Positions 13,740-26,405 of a stretch of 64,000 bases of DNA are shown here, piece after piece. The DNA is taken from positions 372,001 to 436,000 of the forward strand of contig CM068758.1 of NCBI GenBank assembly GCA_035084275.1, given 5' to 3'. Each line of letters opens with the position of its first letter. The first letter of the stretch is position 1. Both the position numbers and the translations under genes were made by a program. The DNA comes from Hydrolagus colliei. Lineage: Eukaryota. The notes beneath the pieces were generated by a model, which worked only from the letters and a program-made list of their open reading frames with translations, was not told the origin of the DNA and ran no database searches.

Positions 13740-14085
13740 GATTGGGACTTGAGGTGGGGCTGTGAAAAGCTGAGAAGGGAGGGAGGGAGGGAGGGACCCA
13801 TGTGGGATGGTGAGCCAGGGCAGCTGAGCGAGGGGTGGGGGCGGGAGGTGGGTGGTTTGATTGGTTCACGGAGTTTGGTGTCGGAGAGGATACGAGCGAG
13901 TTCTACGGTAGATACTTTGCCCTTTGTGGAGGGAGAGATGAGAGATCTGGTGAGCGCGGCTTTGGGCTGATTGATTTTCGGTGTGGACGGGGGTCTTAGC
14001 AACAAGAGGGAGGGATCTCTGGGAAAGGCGAGTCATGTAGGGGCGGTGAGGGAAAGCTGAGCCAGTGAGCGGATGTGAGGCTTAC
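13740..14085 (-). mobile_element. Probable degenerate LINE ORF2 fragment
   Basis: C-rich minus strand with a short LINE-like frame (LTRSLISPSTKGKVSTVELARILSDTKLREP). Family not certain. Confidence 0.35.
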
Positions 14086-16774
14086 AGTACAGTTGGGGTC
14101 GAACGACAGTAACTTGAGTGAACATCCATTGCAAGAAAGAAACCAGTGGGGAGAAAGCCTTTATAACGTGAGAGAATCATGTTACAATTAAACAAATCTC
14201 TACAGTCTTCACTGCTAAGGCACAGTTATACTGCATTGTCTGCCAGCACTTCTGCTGCTGAGAGTAATTAATGTTGTTGGCACCGCTGGCAGCGACCCAG
14301 ATTTATTAAAGTGAAGTGAAAGGGTTAAATAATCGGTTGAACGCATGGAAGTAATTCATCACCAGGCTCTCAGAGTTGCCTCGTGGCGGCTACTCTACTC
14401 AAGGTTTCCTGTTTGTGCTTTCATGTTTCGAGTGGCTTAATGATTCCATGGGGTTTTATCTTTCGTGTTTAAATCTCCGTCCTTAGAAACATAGACATTT
14501 TCAGTACAGAAGGCCATTTTGGCCATCCTGCCTTGTGTGTGGCTCTTTTAACGAGCAATCCTTCCAGTTCCGTTCACCTGCCCTTTTTCCCCCACCTCCT
14601 CCTCCCCCCACAAACTACACACAGGCACACACTCCATTCCGCCTCACAGTATATCCTCTGGAACGCTTTGAGACATCTAACAGCGTGATGATTTGTGTGG
14701 ATCATTCTCCTGAAGTGTTTTCATATGAAATTCAGCAAATGTGACGCGCAGATAATAAGCAGTTTCTTAATTCCATCAGATAAAGTTTCTTTCTCAAGAA
14801 CTCTGCACACAAACTTCCTCACTGACATAATTGCTATCATATTCTCGAGGGAGGGTGTGAGGTGGGGGATGGTGGGGGGGAGGGGGGAAGAATGGGGGGG
14901 GATGTAATCGAAGTACATGTCTTCTGTGGAGAAGCTATCACCAGCAATGGCCTGATGGCATTATTTGGTTATCTTGCCAAATGCTTGACTCTCCGTTTGT
15001 TGATACATCCGACAACCACTGTTAACATTGCACCAATGGATAAGATTGGGTTTGGACCAATGGCTGAGCTTAAAGTGAAGGACTGTAGGTCTGTTTCATG
15101 CCACTGGCATGTTGCTGCTTAATGATTGAGCCCAAATGTCAACATTACAAAGTATTTCTGAAACGAATTGTGTACCAGTGAGGCTTCGTTAAGAAATGAG
15201 ACATTCAGGCAAATGCATTCGGTTGGGGAAGGAGGGAGAGATGCAGTATAGGATGAGATCACCATTTTATACTTGTTAAATATGTGTCAGATGGAGTTGG
15301 AAAGGATGGATGGCCTTGAGGGAATGGTGCTAAAGTGGTGGAGAGTAAATCAGAGTAATCCCTCAATGAGATGGTGTAAAATACTCGGCTAATCCTCTGA
15401 AGGTCTTTAGTTGCATATTGGCAACTTGCCTAGGACTGATGCAGTGGCTGCTTGACTGACTTGAACCTTAATCTCGTAGGAATAAATTAAATGGATCCAT
15501 CTTGATGTGTAGGGTTCTAAAAATGTACAATCCAGCCACGTAGGGCTAAAGAATAGAGTACTGTGAGATCTTCAGAGCCGTGCAGTTAATGTTCAGAAGA
15601 TAACTGTGAGCCAACTAGGGGGGTAGGGAGGTTTTTCACGTTTTCTAATTGGGTTTAAGACAATGATAAATGGCCCTCCCGTTTGTAGACATTTGTACAG
15701 TGCGTTTGGAGACTGTAAATGAACACAGGGGATCAGGAAGCCCAGAGATTTCCTTTTTTTAAGCCTAGAATTGTTTGTGATCCTTTAAAAAATGTCTATT
15801 TTCTGGCTGTGCAGATGTGATAGAACTTTAGGAAATGGGGTTATGGTTGTATCTTCCTGAGGACGTTAAAGAACCTAGCTGTGTGTCAAGTGGAGTTTCC
15901 TTTTGCTCTTGTGTCGGCCTCCACTGCATCCTGTTGTATTGGGAGAGGAAGAGCTACAGACTGTAACGGCCGGGAGCAGTGGGGCATGTTCAAACATATG
16001 GGTTCCACCCAAAGGAAATCCCTTGAATATGGCGGTCATCATGTTGACGGCTTTACTTTGGTAACACAGGAATATATATCCGTCAAAAGAAAATCCACCT
16101 GCCCAACAAAATACAGTTCAGTAACACAAGCCTCATGTTTACAAACCCAGAGAAACTTGAGTAGGCTTCATTTCACAGCCACAAAAGAATCTCATTCCGT
16201 TCAGTGCTTGTTTAAGCAGGTTCTGTGTCTGGTGTTGACATCTCGTATCGTATGGTTAACACAAGCTTTCTATGTTCACCGCCTAGTATCTTCCATTCCA
16301 GCCTGTTGGCGAAACGCGACCTTCGGTTCTCGAACCTCTGCAGACGTGTTTGCAGAGTTTTGCATTTATAAAAGGTCCTTCTCGTGCGTTAGCGTCTCTG
16401 AACGCTCAGCAGTAACAGAGCTTGGTGCCAAGCTGGGGGAGAGGAGATACTTGAAGGGTTGAGTCAATTTGGCTCGATTTTCTCAAAATTGTTGTAATCA
16501 TTTTTTACTTGCCAACCAATACTTTATTAGTCTGTATCTTTGGGAGTTATATATGTGACTCCCAATTTTAAGCCAAACTACTTAGCAGTTCTCGGGAATC
16601 TCTCCTGAACTTAGGAGAAGCACAGTGTCAAAAGTAAACATGGGCAAACTTAATTCTAGAAGCCTTTACTGTAACCTGTCCAGCTGAGTTTGTGTTGAGG
16701 GCTGGGGCTCCTCTGCTGGATTGGCTTTGGGTTGGATTGTGTTGTCGCTTACTCTCCGCCCTCTTGTGTTACAG

Positions 16775-16997
16775 CGAGGAGAAGATGACAGCGGCAGCGA
16801 TCAGGAAGTGCCATAAATGTGCAACGGGCCTCATCAAGTCAGAAGGTTGCAACCGGATGTCTTGCCGCTGCGGGTCCCAGATGTGTTACCTCTGCCGGGC
16901 CGCCATCAACGGGTACGATCACTTCTGCCAACACCCTCGCTCACCAGGGGCTCCTTGCCGTCTGTGCAAGAACTGCTCCTTGTGGACAGATCCTAAG
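16775..16997 (+). CDS. RNF216: RNF216 exon encoding the RING2 (Rcat) domain of the RBR E3 ubiquitin ligase
   Basis: ttacag|C GAG GAG AAG ATG...CCT AAG|gtaagc, 223 nt. Encodes [74 protein letters not shown], including the catalytic EGCNRM motif. Confidence 0.97.
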
Positions 16998-19900
16998 GTA
17001 AGCTGTCGAGCCTGAGCCTCCACCCCAACCAAGCCAAGCAGAGAGGCTACATATACCGCACAACCACACACACCACACACACACCTACCTACCTACCTTA
17101 ACATTACTTTTATTTACTCTTTCAAGGAGGGGGCTGCCTGATCATGGGCAGTGGCTGAGTTGGAACAAAGGGTGGAAATAGTTTTTATTTTAGCAGAAAA
17201 TTCCATTGAAATTATTACAGGTTGTGACATGGCTCACACCCTAGCAGCTTCCAGCTTTAAACTGGTCCAGGGCTGTGTTTGCCTTGGTTTAGAGGTGGCT
17301 GTGATGCCCTCCCTGCCTCAAGCTTGTTTGATTGCGTGGCTCGCCTCTCGAATGACTTTTTTTTGTTTTACCTGCAGCACCAGATCAATCAGTTTAGTGC
17401 TTTCCAGCCCGTCCGTTAATCACCGTGAACGGCTCACGGCGTAGACAGGCTGCTTGGTCACATACTACTAACGTTGTATTGTGTGTGTGTCGGGCAATGA
17501 AAGTGGCTGGAGATCGCAGACGAGACGTCTGTGAACACGGCAGCAGTTTTACTGCCCCCCAAACTGTGGACCCTATGTTTACGTTTGCAGCGTCTGCGCT
17601 GAACCCCAAACTGTCTCTTGCCAAACCCTGTTTCCATTCTTCCTCCCGTTGATTGTTGAATTCACGTTGCACGCGGAGTGTCCGCACCCAACAACGAGCG
17701 ACTGGACACATCGCCAGAAACGGGTTGTCAATCAGAAACCTTAAAGCTCTCACAACCCAAGGCGACGGTCTTCCTAATCCTAAAGTCACCAAAGTCAAGC
17801 CTGCGTTCAGGTTTTGCATTTAGTGGGATTACCGTTGCTTCGAGCATTAAATTTGCTGAATATGCATGTTCCTAACGTTCGCTGTAACTAAATCTCCACA
17901 AACCCTGTCTGAATTAGTCAAATCGCAAAAATCCACAAGCAATAAGCAAATAACCCCAGTCAGCCCCGTTGTTAGACCCACTCGCTCGGCCACAGGTAAA
18001 CTCTGACCCATCAAACACCCCCCCCCCCCCCCCACCCCCCCAAAGGGTAGCGCAGGCATCAGTTCTGTTGTCAGCATCTTCTCTGATCAACCCGACATCA
18101 ACATCCATATCCCAAGTGCAGTGAAAACCGCTTCATTTTAGCCGAAAAGGCCAAGAAGCTGTCACACACTGTTTTAATGTTTGTCTGGTCTGCGCCTCTG
18201 TTTGTTGATGTTAACATGTGGGATTAGGTTCAGGGATTCTTCTCCAGACTTATCATAAGAGGCACCAAAACTTCCCACACGAGTCAAACAGAGTCACGTT
18301 ACTTCAAGCAGAGCAGGGGAAGCTGAACAGAGCGTGGACCATATAGCTTTGTTTCTAGATGTTGGCAACTGGATTGGAGCAGAGTGTGGCTCTGGCCAGG
18401 ACCTCATTGCTGACCTGACTCTGGGAGTCGTTAATCTTTATCCACATTCCACTGGAGCCACATGGGGACTGCGTTCTCTCCCATTGGAGGCTGTTCCAAT
18501 TGACTTGACCGTACATAGCAGTCGAGATTAAACCCAACTCTTAAAAGCCAAAACTCACAGACACTATTAGAGAGAGAGATACCAGAAATCAGGACAATGT
18601 TGTAGCTTTACTGGGAGTCAACGGTGCTGATATCCTTGGGACGAGAAGCTTGAGTGGGAATTAATTGGTGACCACACCTCCACAGTGGGTAGCGCTCGCG
18701 GGGGCATTGCCCCCAATGGCAGGTCTACACAATGTATGTGGTGCTCAGTGACCAGAACCTTTGGCAGGATGTCTGGTATCTGCTGAGGTTGACAGTTGTC
18801 ATGTGTTCAGCACCGTTTCATTTTCGGTTTCCTCCTCCTGTCATCGTCTAGTTTGTTCTTTCTTGCTACCCCCCCCAACCCACCCAGACGGGTTGAATGT
18901 GTGTGTGTTTTCTAAAAAAATATATAAGAATAAGAATAATTCGTAGAAGTGAGCTGGCTTGACAGCTGGTTTACATCTAATGTGTGGCTGACGTGCTGGA
19001 GCCAGGGACTGCAAAAGTGGTTGATGCCCAAGGAATTGGGAGTCTGTTCTCCGCTATACCCCGAGTGTGAGTTCAAGGAGAAGGACTGAGAGAAAACGCC
19101 CAAATGTGAATGTGAAAGTTTGCAACCCAGAGATGTAGACACTAGAGGGCATAACCGTACATCTCTGCAAAGTGGTGCTGTCCACTCGTGAGTTTCATGT
19201 ATCTAATGATTAATACAGGCCCGTTTTCACCCCCCCTCCCCCCCCCCCCCCCCGCCCCAGGGTGAGGACGGGTGGATCACTGGACCTTGTGATATACGGA
19301 GGGTGAAAGTCTGGAGTTAGCCCCCCCCCCCTTTCCTTAGCCCACATACACTCAGGCAAACTGTGTTGACCACTTTTGAGATCTTCAAATAAATCAACGC
19401 GGCTTCATTTAAAACTATTAGAGACAAGTTTTTACCAACTCAGTCGGTGACTCGACAATTAATTTTTTTTTCTTTTTTAAGTTGAGACAAAAAAGGCGTG
19501 TTGCGTTGTTCCAACAGAAAAGGGTGTTGCTTTATTGTGGGAAGCTGTCTGGGTTCAGCAAATCCTCCGTCTGAAAGGGAAACTCATGTCAAAAGTATAC
19601 GGTATCTGTTATTAAAGTGTCAGCACATAATCACTGGCCCCAGTGACTGAGACGACAGCTCTGACAATCAGGGTCTGATTACACTCTCCTCTTGTTGACA
19701 AGATCCCTCTCCAGAACATCCTGACCTTCCCCCCCCCCCCACCCCCCCCCCCACACACACACACACACCAGTGACCTGGCGTTGGGAGGGGAGGTTTTAA
19801 CGCTTCCGTCCGCGGTCTGGAAACACGTCTGTTTTGCAGCCTGAAAGATGGCGGGGAGGTTTCCAGGCATTTCTTTTGTTATATTTTTTTCTGTTTCTCC

Positions 19901-21630
19901 TTCTTCTTCTCCTCCTCAGCACAGATGCTGAGCAGCTGCTGAGTGTGGCAGAGATCTCTGTGCTGCAAGTTCTGCTCCGTCAATTCCCAAGAGCAGGGAC
20001 CGTGAACAGGCTCTGCAATCCCCCCCCCCCCCCCCCCACACCCCAGCAGCCCCCCCATGGCCAGCTCTGGCCATGACGGTGGGAGGGAAGGTGGGGAGAG
20101 AATCACTCACAATTTAACATTACAAAAAAAAAGCAAAGAACTTAAACAGGGTAGGGTGGGGGGGGAGGTTATTGACTGCAGTCCACATTTTGAAACGTTG
20201 CTGTATTTACTTTTTTTTATTTCTCCGACATTTCCTTGTCCATCCAGAGCTCACCCACTTCACCCACCTTCGCTTGCACACTCTCTCTCACCCTCACACT
20301 TGTGATCCACTGACTTGTACACACACCCTCTCTGTCCACATATGTGCACTATTAACATTCGCCATCTGGGAGCAAGTCTTGCCCGATGCAGACTCAGGGC
20401 TAATTTGTCGGACTGTTTGAATGATGTTTGAAATGGCTTCTCCTTCAGACAGTACATTAGAGAATGGCAGCCCCTTCCCTCCCCCTTTCCCTCCCCCTCC
20501 CCCTCGCCTTGTGTGCACTGAATGAGATGAACCTTTGATTCAGTCTAGTTCTTTTAGCTCCACAGAGTGCAGCGGCTTATAGCTAACCAGCTGCAATTAA
20601 GCTCTGAGCATCGCTTCAGCCTATTTGAAAGCACATAATTTCAGCACTTATTTCATGCTCTTTGTAGCCACCTGCCTTAAGCGACACCTTTGACTCCGAG
20701 CCAAAAGTAATCATTTATTATATGTCTCACTGTACGTAGACTGTGAGAATTGGAGCTAATGAGTTTCACTGTAATTTAGCCATTAACTACCTCATTAACA
20801 CTAAGCAGCACATCCATCCTACAATGGAGGTGGGTTTCTTTTTTTTAAAAAAAGGGATCTTGGAGTTCTGTGGATGGTCTCAAAAGCCCTTTTGTTTTAT
20901 GCGCTCATCATTAAACAAGCGCGGCTTTGGCTATCGCTCAATTCACTCCACTCCATTCAGGAGAGTTAGAGAGAAACGTATAGTACCAAAGGAGACCGTT
21001 GAGCCCGGTGGGATTCCGCGTGTATACACACGGGCTGAATTGACCACTTGTGCTGAGGTACGAGAGGGTGATGCGCACACAGGGAACTCCCACAGTGAAA
21101 GGCTTAGTGCCTTCAGGAGAGAGATGGAGAGAGAGAGAGAGAGAGGGTGGGGGGGTGGAGTGGTGGAAATTAGAGGGGGAAAAAAGGCACATCTTCCCTA
21201 CTTGAGGGCAAATGTTGGCTGATCTAAACAGGAATTCAGCTAGAAAGTTGCTGTGTTTTTGGAGGAACATCTGACTTACTTGAGTTGTTATAATGCAACC
21301 GTTTGTTTCGGAATACGACTTCCTGCATTCTGGACAACACGCAGCTGTGTGGAGGCTATTTGTCGTGTATTATAAAATATCCTGTTGACGAGGAGAAGTC
21401 TTCGCCGATGAGAAGTTAAACAGCCAAACAAGGAGCGTGACCTTTCTTCCTCTGAACTCAACAGCCCAGATGGCAACCAATTTAAATCATTGATTTCATG
21501 ATACGGTTGACCTCAGATTCATTTTTATATGTTCATAAGTTCCAAAATGGATCATGCTACCTTTACTAATAATACTGGGTCTACGGAGATGAAATGTCTC
21601 AAAAGTGCTTCACCACAAGTTATTGCTGTT

Positions 21631-21804
21631 GGGTGTAGTGACTGTGTCTGTGTGTAGGCAAACACAGCAGCCAAATTGCACAGCGCAGTGTCCCACAAAT
21701 GGCCATTTTCCCTCTAACCCCATTTCCTTGACTGTTTGTGGGGACGCTGCTGTGTGCAATTTGGCTGCTGTGTTTGCCTACACACAGACACAGTCACTAC
21801 ACCC
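21631..21804. repeat. Inverted repeat with 52-bp perfect arms (21631-21682 / 21753-21804)
   Basis: gggtgtagtgactgtgtctgtgtgtaggcaaacacagcagccaaattgcaca is the exact reverse complement of 21753-21804. Imperfect pairing extends about 17 bp further inward. Confidence 0.9.
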
Positions 21805-22169
21805 CCCCCCCCCCCCCCCCCCCCCCGCTCTTGTCCCTACCTGACTGTACAGCGCCCTGGAACGTCCTCTCGATGTGAGAGGCGCCATATAAATGTAAAG
21901 TTTTGACTGATTAGTGAAAGATGAACTGACCTGTAGCGTTGTTGGCCAGGATACCATATGTCTGGCACAATAATAACAGGCCCTGAGACGCCGCCCGACG
22001 TGGAGAGCGCTATATAATCTGACTTGTTGTTTGTTGTGCTTAGCGAGATGAAAAATGGCTTTGACAGTATCATTGTGGTCGGACTCTGGTTGGAAACGAT
22101 GGCACTTCATCTAAAGAGTTTTAACAACGGGTTCCACTCTGATTTGCACGTTTCTCTCTCTCTCACTAG

Positions 22170-22239
22170 GAAGACGACGAGAGACTGATAAAGGAAATTC
22201 AGAATCAAGCTGAAAGTGAACAAAAGAAAAGAATTGGAG
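22170..22239 (+). CDS. RNF216: RNF216 penultimate coding exon (coiled-coil)
   Basis: cactag|GAA GAC GAC...GGA G|gtgagc, 70 nt. Encodes EDDERLIKEIQNQAESEQKKRIG, compared with human [23 protein letters not shown]. Confidence 0.93.
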
Positions 22240-22824
22240 GTGAGCGGCTTTATCCGTGGGGTTGATTTTTGCACTTTCCTGGAACTCTCGGACCCCGGCA
22301 AGGGCTGAGTGTCACAGCTTTCGATCTCGTGTACTTTACCATGTGTGAATGGAACTGAGTCTCACTGAGGGAAAGGCTTGATATTGCTGTCCTGGTGCAG
22401 TGCTGAGCTTGTGAGCTGCTGAAGGGTGTTTAGAGGAGATGACGTACAGACCAGAGGGCGTCTGGTGAGTCACGGCCAGGCTCACTCACTAACCTACAGA
22501 GTGTTGAGTTGGATTGGTGGTGGGTTAGGCTGGGAGCTGCGTGTCTGCTCAGGCAAAGTAGTGCGTATGTTTGTGCCTTGTAATATTAGTCAGGAAGCCA
22601 AATGAGTTTAGGCTCTCGCAAGTGTGACTCATCCACCCAGGTATCCATAAATTATATTCAGCTAGAGGTTCTGCCTGAGATACGGTGTGGAGTCACTGGG
22701 GAGGCAATTCTAACATTGTGCATCAGCTTGGGTTTGGGAGTAAGATCGATTGGTGCAATGTACAGGGTGTAACCTGCGCTATCCCTATATCTAACAGTGC
22801 CCACACCTAGCTGGTCATAGTAGT

Positions 22825-22870
22825 TGATTGATTGATTGATTGAGCGATTGAGCGATTGAGTGATTGATTG
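22825..22870 (+). repeat. (GATT)n microsatellite, imperfect
   Basis: tgattgattgattgattgagcgattgagcgattgagtgattgattg. Confidence 0.8.
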
Positions 22871-23530
22871 GAGCCTGAACTCAAAACTACCCAAACAAAC
22901 GACATGTAGCAATCTTGGAATCGAAAGTGAATCTGGCTTTGCTTTTCAATGCCAAAATGTGTCTCATCGTGCAGAGCTGGTCAGTAACTTTCTCTCAAAG
23001 ACGCGGTGAACAAAAGCGAAGCTGTTTACTGGGTGGTTCAGTTAGAGGAACGTAGACCTCATAGTTGATGTACAACGTGTGCTATTGGGGGGGTCATTGT
23101 TAAACAGTTGCTTGTTACAGGAATTCAGGAAATTTGGCTCATTTCGGGGAGATCCCGCACCAAGGTCCTGGTCCATCTGTACACTGGGTTAGCTCATCCC
23201 TAGTGTTGCTGCTAATGGCTTTGCCTCCTTGGAGAAAGTAACAAGAGTGGTCTTGGCTTTTAATGATTCTCTTTGATTGAGTCCAAATGCACAGAGTCAC
23301 CACAGCTCACAATATATCCAGTGAAGCACTTTGAGAGCTCTGGACGCTGTACTATTATTATTGTTGTTGTTGTTGACCGGCCTCGGAGTGCAGCTGTTGG
23401 GGGTGACCGAGACTCCCAACGTCGGAAGAGACGAGAAAGGGAATTCAGTTTGTCTCAGCCCAGAACAGATCTCCGCCCGCGGTTCCTAAAGTCAGTCCCT
23501 CTTAATGCTTTTTGCTTGAACCCAATGCAG

Positions 23531-23988
23531 AGCAAGCTGTGAAGAGGATTGGCCCTCCGCCCGACGATCCTCCAACCAAGGCCGCGAGGCTGGGAGAAGG
23601 CGGCCAAGCGATCCCTCCCGGAGTCATCTTCAACCGAAACGATCTTCCTCGCCCGGCGCCCGTCATTCCCGATTTCCCTCCGGTTCCCCCTCATTTCCAG
23701 GTGGCTTTCCCTCCGCTGCCCTATTTCCATTTCAACTTCGACCCCCTGCGACACATCAACATCGAGCACGAGTACCCGATGCACTTTGGGCCCCAGCCCT
23801 ACCATCACCACGATCACCATCGGGGCCATCATCATCACCGCGACCACCACCATCATCATCATCAGCACCACCACCGCGATCGTCATGAACATCACCATCC
23901 TCCTCCTCCTCCTCCTCCACCTCCTCCTCTTCCTCCCTACAGGCCTCACGGACATCCCAATGGCCCACCAATCTACCAGCGGCGCTAG
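23531..23988 (+). CDS. RNF216: RNF216 terminal coding exon, Pro-rich, with His/Pro-rich C-terminal extension
   Basis: atgcag|AG CAA GCT GTG AAG AGG ATT GGC CCT. Conserved KRIGPP and EHEYPMHFGPQP motifs (human EHNLPMHFGPQP). TAG at 23986-23988. Phase 1 matches the previous exon. Confidence 0.92.
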
Positions 23989-24116
23989 GAGCCATTTATA
24001 TTGAACCATTACTTTGTACCTAGGCCAGAGCAGCCGTAACCTTCGGTGACCAGGACTGAGCTGTCCACTTTGTTTGAAGCCAAAGAGATCTTTGGTGTTT
24101 GTTTGATGAACATTTA

Positions 24117-24157
24117 AATAAAAGAAGCAGATTTACTGTAAATAATGTTTAAATAAA
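24117..24157 (+). terminator. RNF216 polyadenylation signals (two AATAAA)
   Basis: AATAAA at 24117-24122 and 24152-24157, followed by T-rich sequence, 130-170 nt after the stop codon. Confidence 0.65.
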
Positions 24158-26029
24158 ACCTTACCTTTTTTTTCCACTTGCAAAACGTCAGATTTTGCTT
24201 CGTTTTTTTTTAAAAAAAGAAAGAAAGAAATCTCAATTGTTGATTTACTAGGATATCAACACCATCACCATGGGTGTGTGACTGGGCTGCGGTGCCTGAC
24301 AATCAGATTGCATTACCCCTGAGAGAGGGAGCTTTAAATCATCATCGGAGGAGCCTATTCACAGTAGCACAGAATTCCACTGTAGTCAGACGCTCTGAGA
24401 CGCCGTGCGGCGTGGAGGGCATTGTATAAATCAAAGTTGTTGTAGTCATAGTAATAATAATGATAATAATAATCTTTGCATTTGATTTAGTGCTTTATAT
24501 CCACGAGATGTCTCAAAGTGTTTCCCAGGGGACACACTAAGATGTATTGAGTATATATCGTGGGTGAAGCGCAGCAGCTGCCCCACAAACCATCGCGGAC
24601 TGAATGGCCAAACTATTGTTATTATTATTTGAAGAGATTATTATTACCCAAGGAAAGCGATCGGCCGATCGACTCACAACCGGGTCCCGACTTCCGGCTC
24701 GGGTGTGGGGCGGTGAAGTTGCTCTTGTCTGATTGCTGCCCGGACTGACAACAACAACAGCAACAACAAAATTACATTGTCGGAGCGTCTTTCACGTCGG
24801 GAGGACTTCCCAAAGCGACGTATCAGGTGAGGACAGCTGTGACATCCACCACAACCAGGATATCCTCCGCTAGTTACCCCCTCCTCTCCAAACATCACTT
24901 ATCTCAGTCTGCGATGGTGGGTGGGGGGGGTGGGGGGGGCATTTTGATCACTGTACCTACTATTTTTTTTAATCCCATTGTTTCTGCTGATTCCATATCT
25001 GGTTGCAGTAATGTATCTGGGTGTTGTGTGAATGTGTGTGTGGGGGGGGGTGGAGGGGGGAGAGGCTTTTATATAAGAAGTGATCAGAGCTCGGATGTGG
25101 ATTGTGTGACTGGAGGATAGTTTTTGAGATGAAGACTTGGGTTTCTGAGACAGAAAGCTGCTGGGGACGGGAATCTCTGCCGGCCATTAATGAGACTGAT
25201 TTGCGTCTGTGATTTGCAACAAAACGCTCTTCATCTCCTCTACTGCAGCAAAGGATTGAAAACGTTTCCCTCCCAAGACAAAGCCCATCCCCCCCAAAAA
25301 ACCACGAGTATCTTGTTTTTAACGTGACGTGAATGGACTGTGGGCTGGTCACTCTAGTTATCTCTCTCTAGTTTAACAATTTTAAATGAAACACACTCCC
25401 ATTGTTTCCTGCACTTTCTGATTCAAAGTTGAGACTGCCACCAACTGAGCCAGGCTGACCTGTGGATTTAAACTGTGTGTTTGAAGTGAGCGTCTAGAAT
25501 TTCAAACATGTTCGATCCGAGGGAGAGGAGAGGAGCGACGACGTGCCTGACGATGTCCTCATTGCTTTTTGAAGACTTGATAGTTACTGTACTTTGCGAG
25601 CACACGGACGGCTCAATAATAATATTGGCGATTGGAATCCGGAGCCAGGGCAGAAGGGAGGCCCCTCAATCTCTCCCTGCGCCTCAGTTGAGCGCCCGTA
25701 AATTTCAAGTCTAGTCGTGAGGTTCCTGCGAATATGATACCCTTTGGGACTCTGTGTTAATGGGTGTTACACTGTGTGTGTGTGTGTGAGAGAGAGGCAT
25801 CAAAGTGGTCATAGTTGAAGAGAGGTTACCTCTGTGAGCCTGGAGCTCAGCCAGGGGGGCTCAGAGGAGTGAGTGAGTGAGTGGCATCTGTGACTGTGTC
25901 TTGACTCCCTTTGCGTTGCCTGATTTGGGAATCCCTGGAAAGAACTTTTATATAGAACCCGCGTATGGTCAGTGTCTCAAAATGCTTTACAGTAAATGTG
26001 TGATAACTCTTGTTTATAGGAAATGTACC

Positions 26030-26405
26030 ACAATAATATTTATTAATCCTGGCGTTTGATATGGCGGCTTTTCACATCGATCAACATCTCAAAGCGCTTC
26101 ACAGAACACACTGTAAAATGAATTGACTGTATATTTGTGGGCGAATCGCGGCAGCCAATTGCGTACAGCAGCGTCCGTCCGTCCGTCCGTCCGTCCCGCC
26201 CCCCACAAACAGTCATGGGCTGAAATGACCGAATTTTATTAATGTGGGGTTTTTTTTATGGTGGGGGGAGACGGATTATTATTAGGCATGTGTGTGGAGT
26301 AAGGAATAAGTAAATTTCAACCTGATCTGCCTGGATTCGAACACAGGTCTCAAGCTTGTAAGGCGAGTGAGTGAATGCTCTAACCAGTGAGCTAAAGGAG
26401 ACTCC
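26030..26405 (-). mobile_element. tRNA-derived SINE, reverse orientation
   Basis: Reverse complement has a head agctcactggttagagcattc...tgtgttcgaatccaggcag (26325-26400) plus core and tail (26030-26240) homologous to 12900-13170. Confidence 0.65.

Noticed and set aside
15881-16462. 193-aa ORF in an RNF216 intron
   Set aside because: Starts at GTG, has no recognisable domain and no convincing splice context. Consistent with a chance ORF.
23455-24009. Overlapping long ORFs on the other frames and the opposite strand of the RNF216 last exon
   Set aside because: By-products of GC-rich CAY/CCT triplet runs that lack stops. Only the KRIGPP...HFGPQP frame has homology and the correct splice phase.
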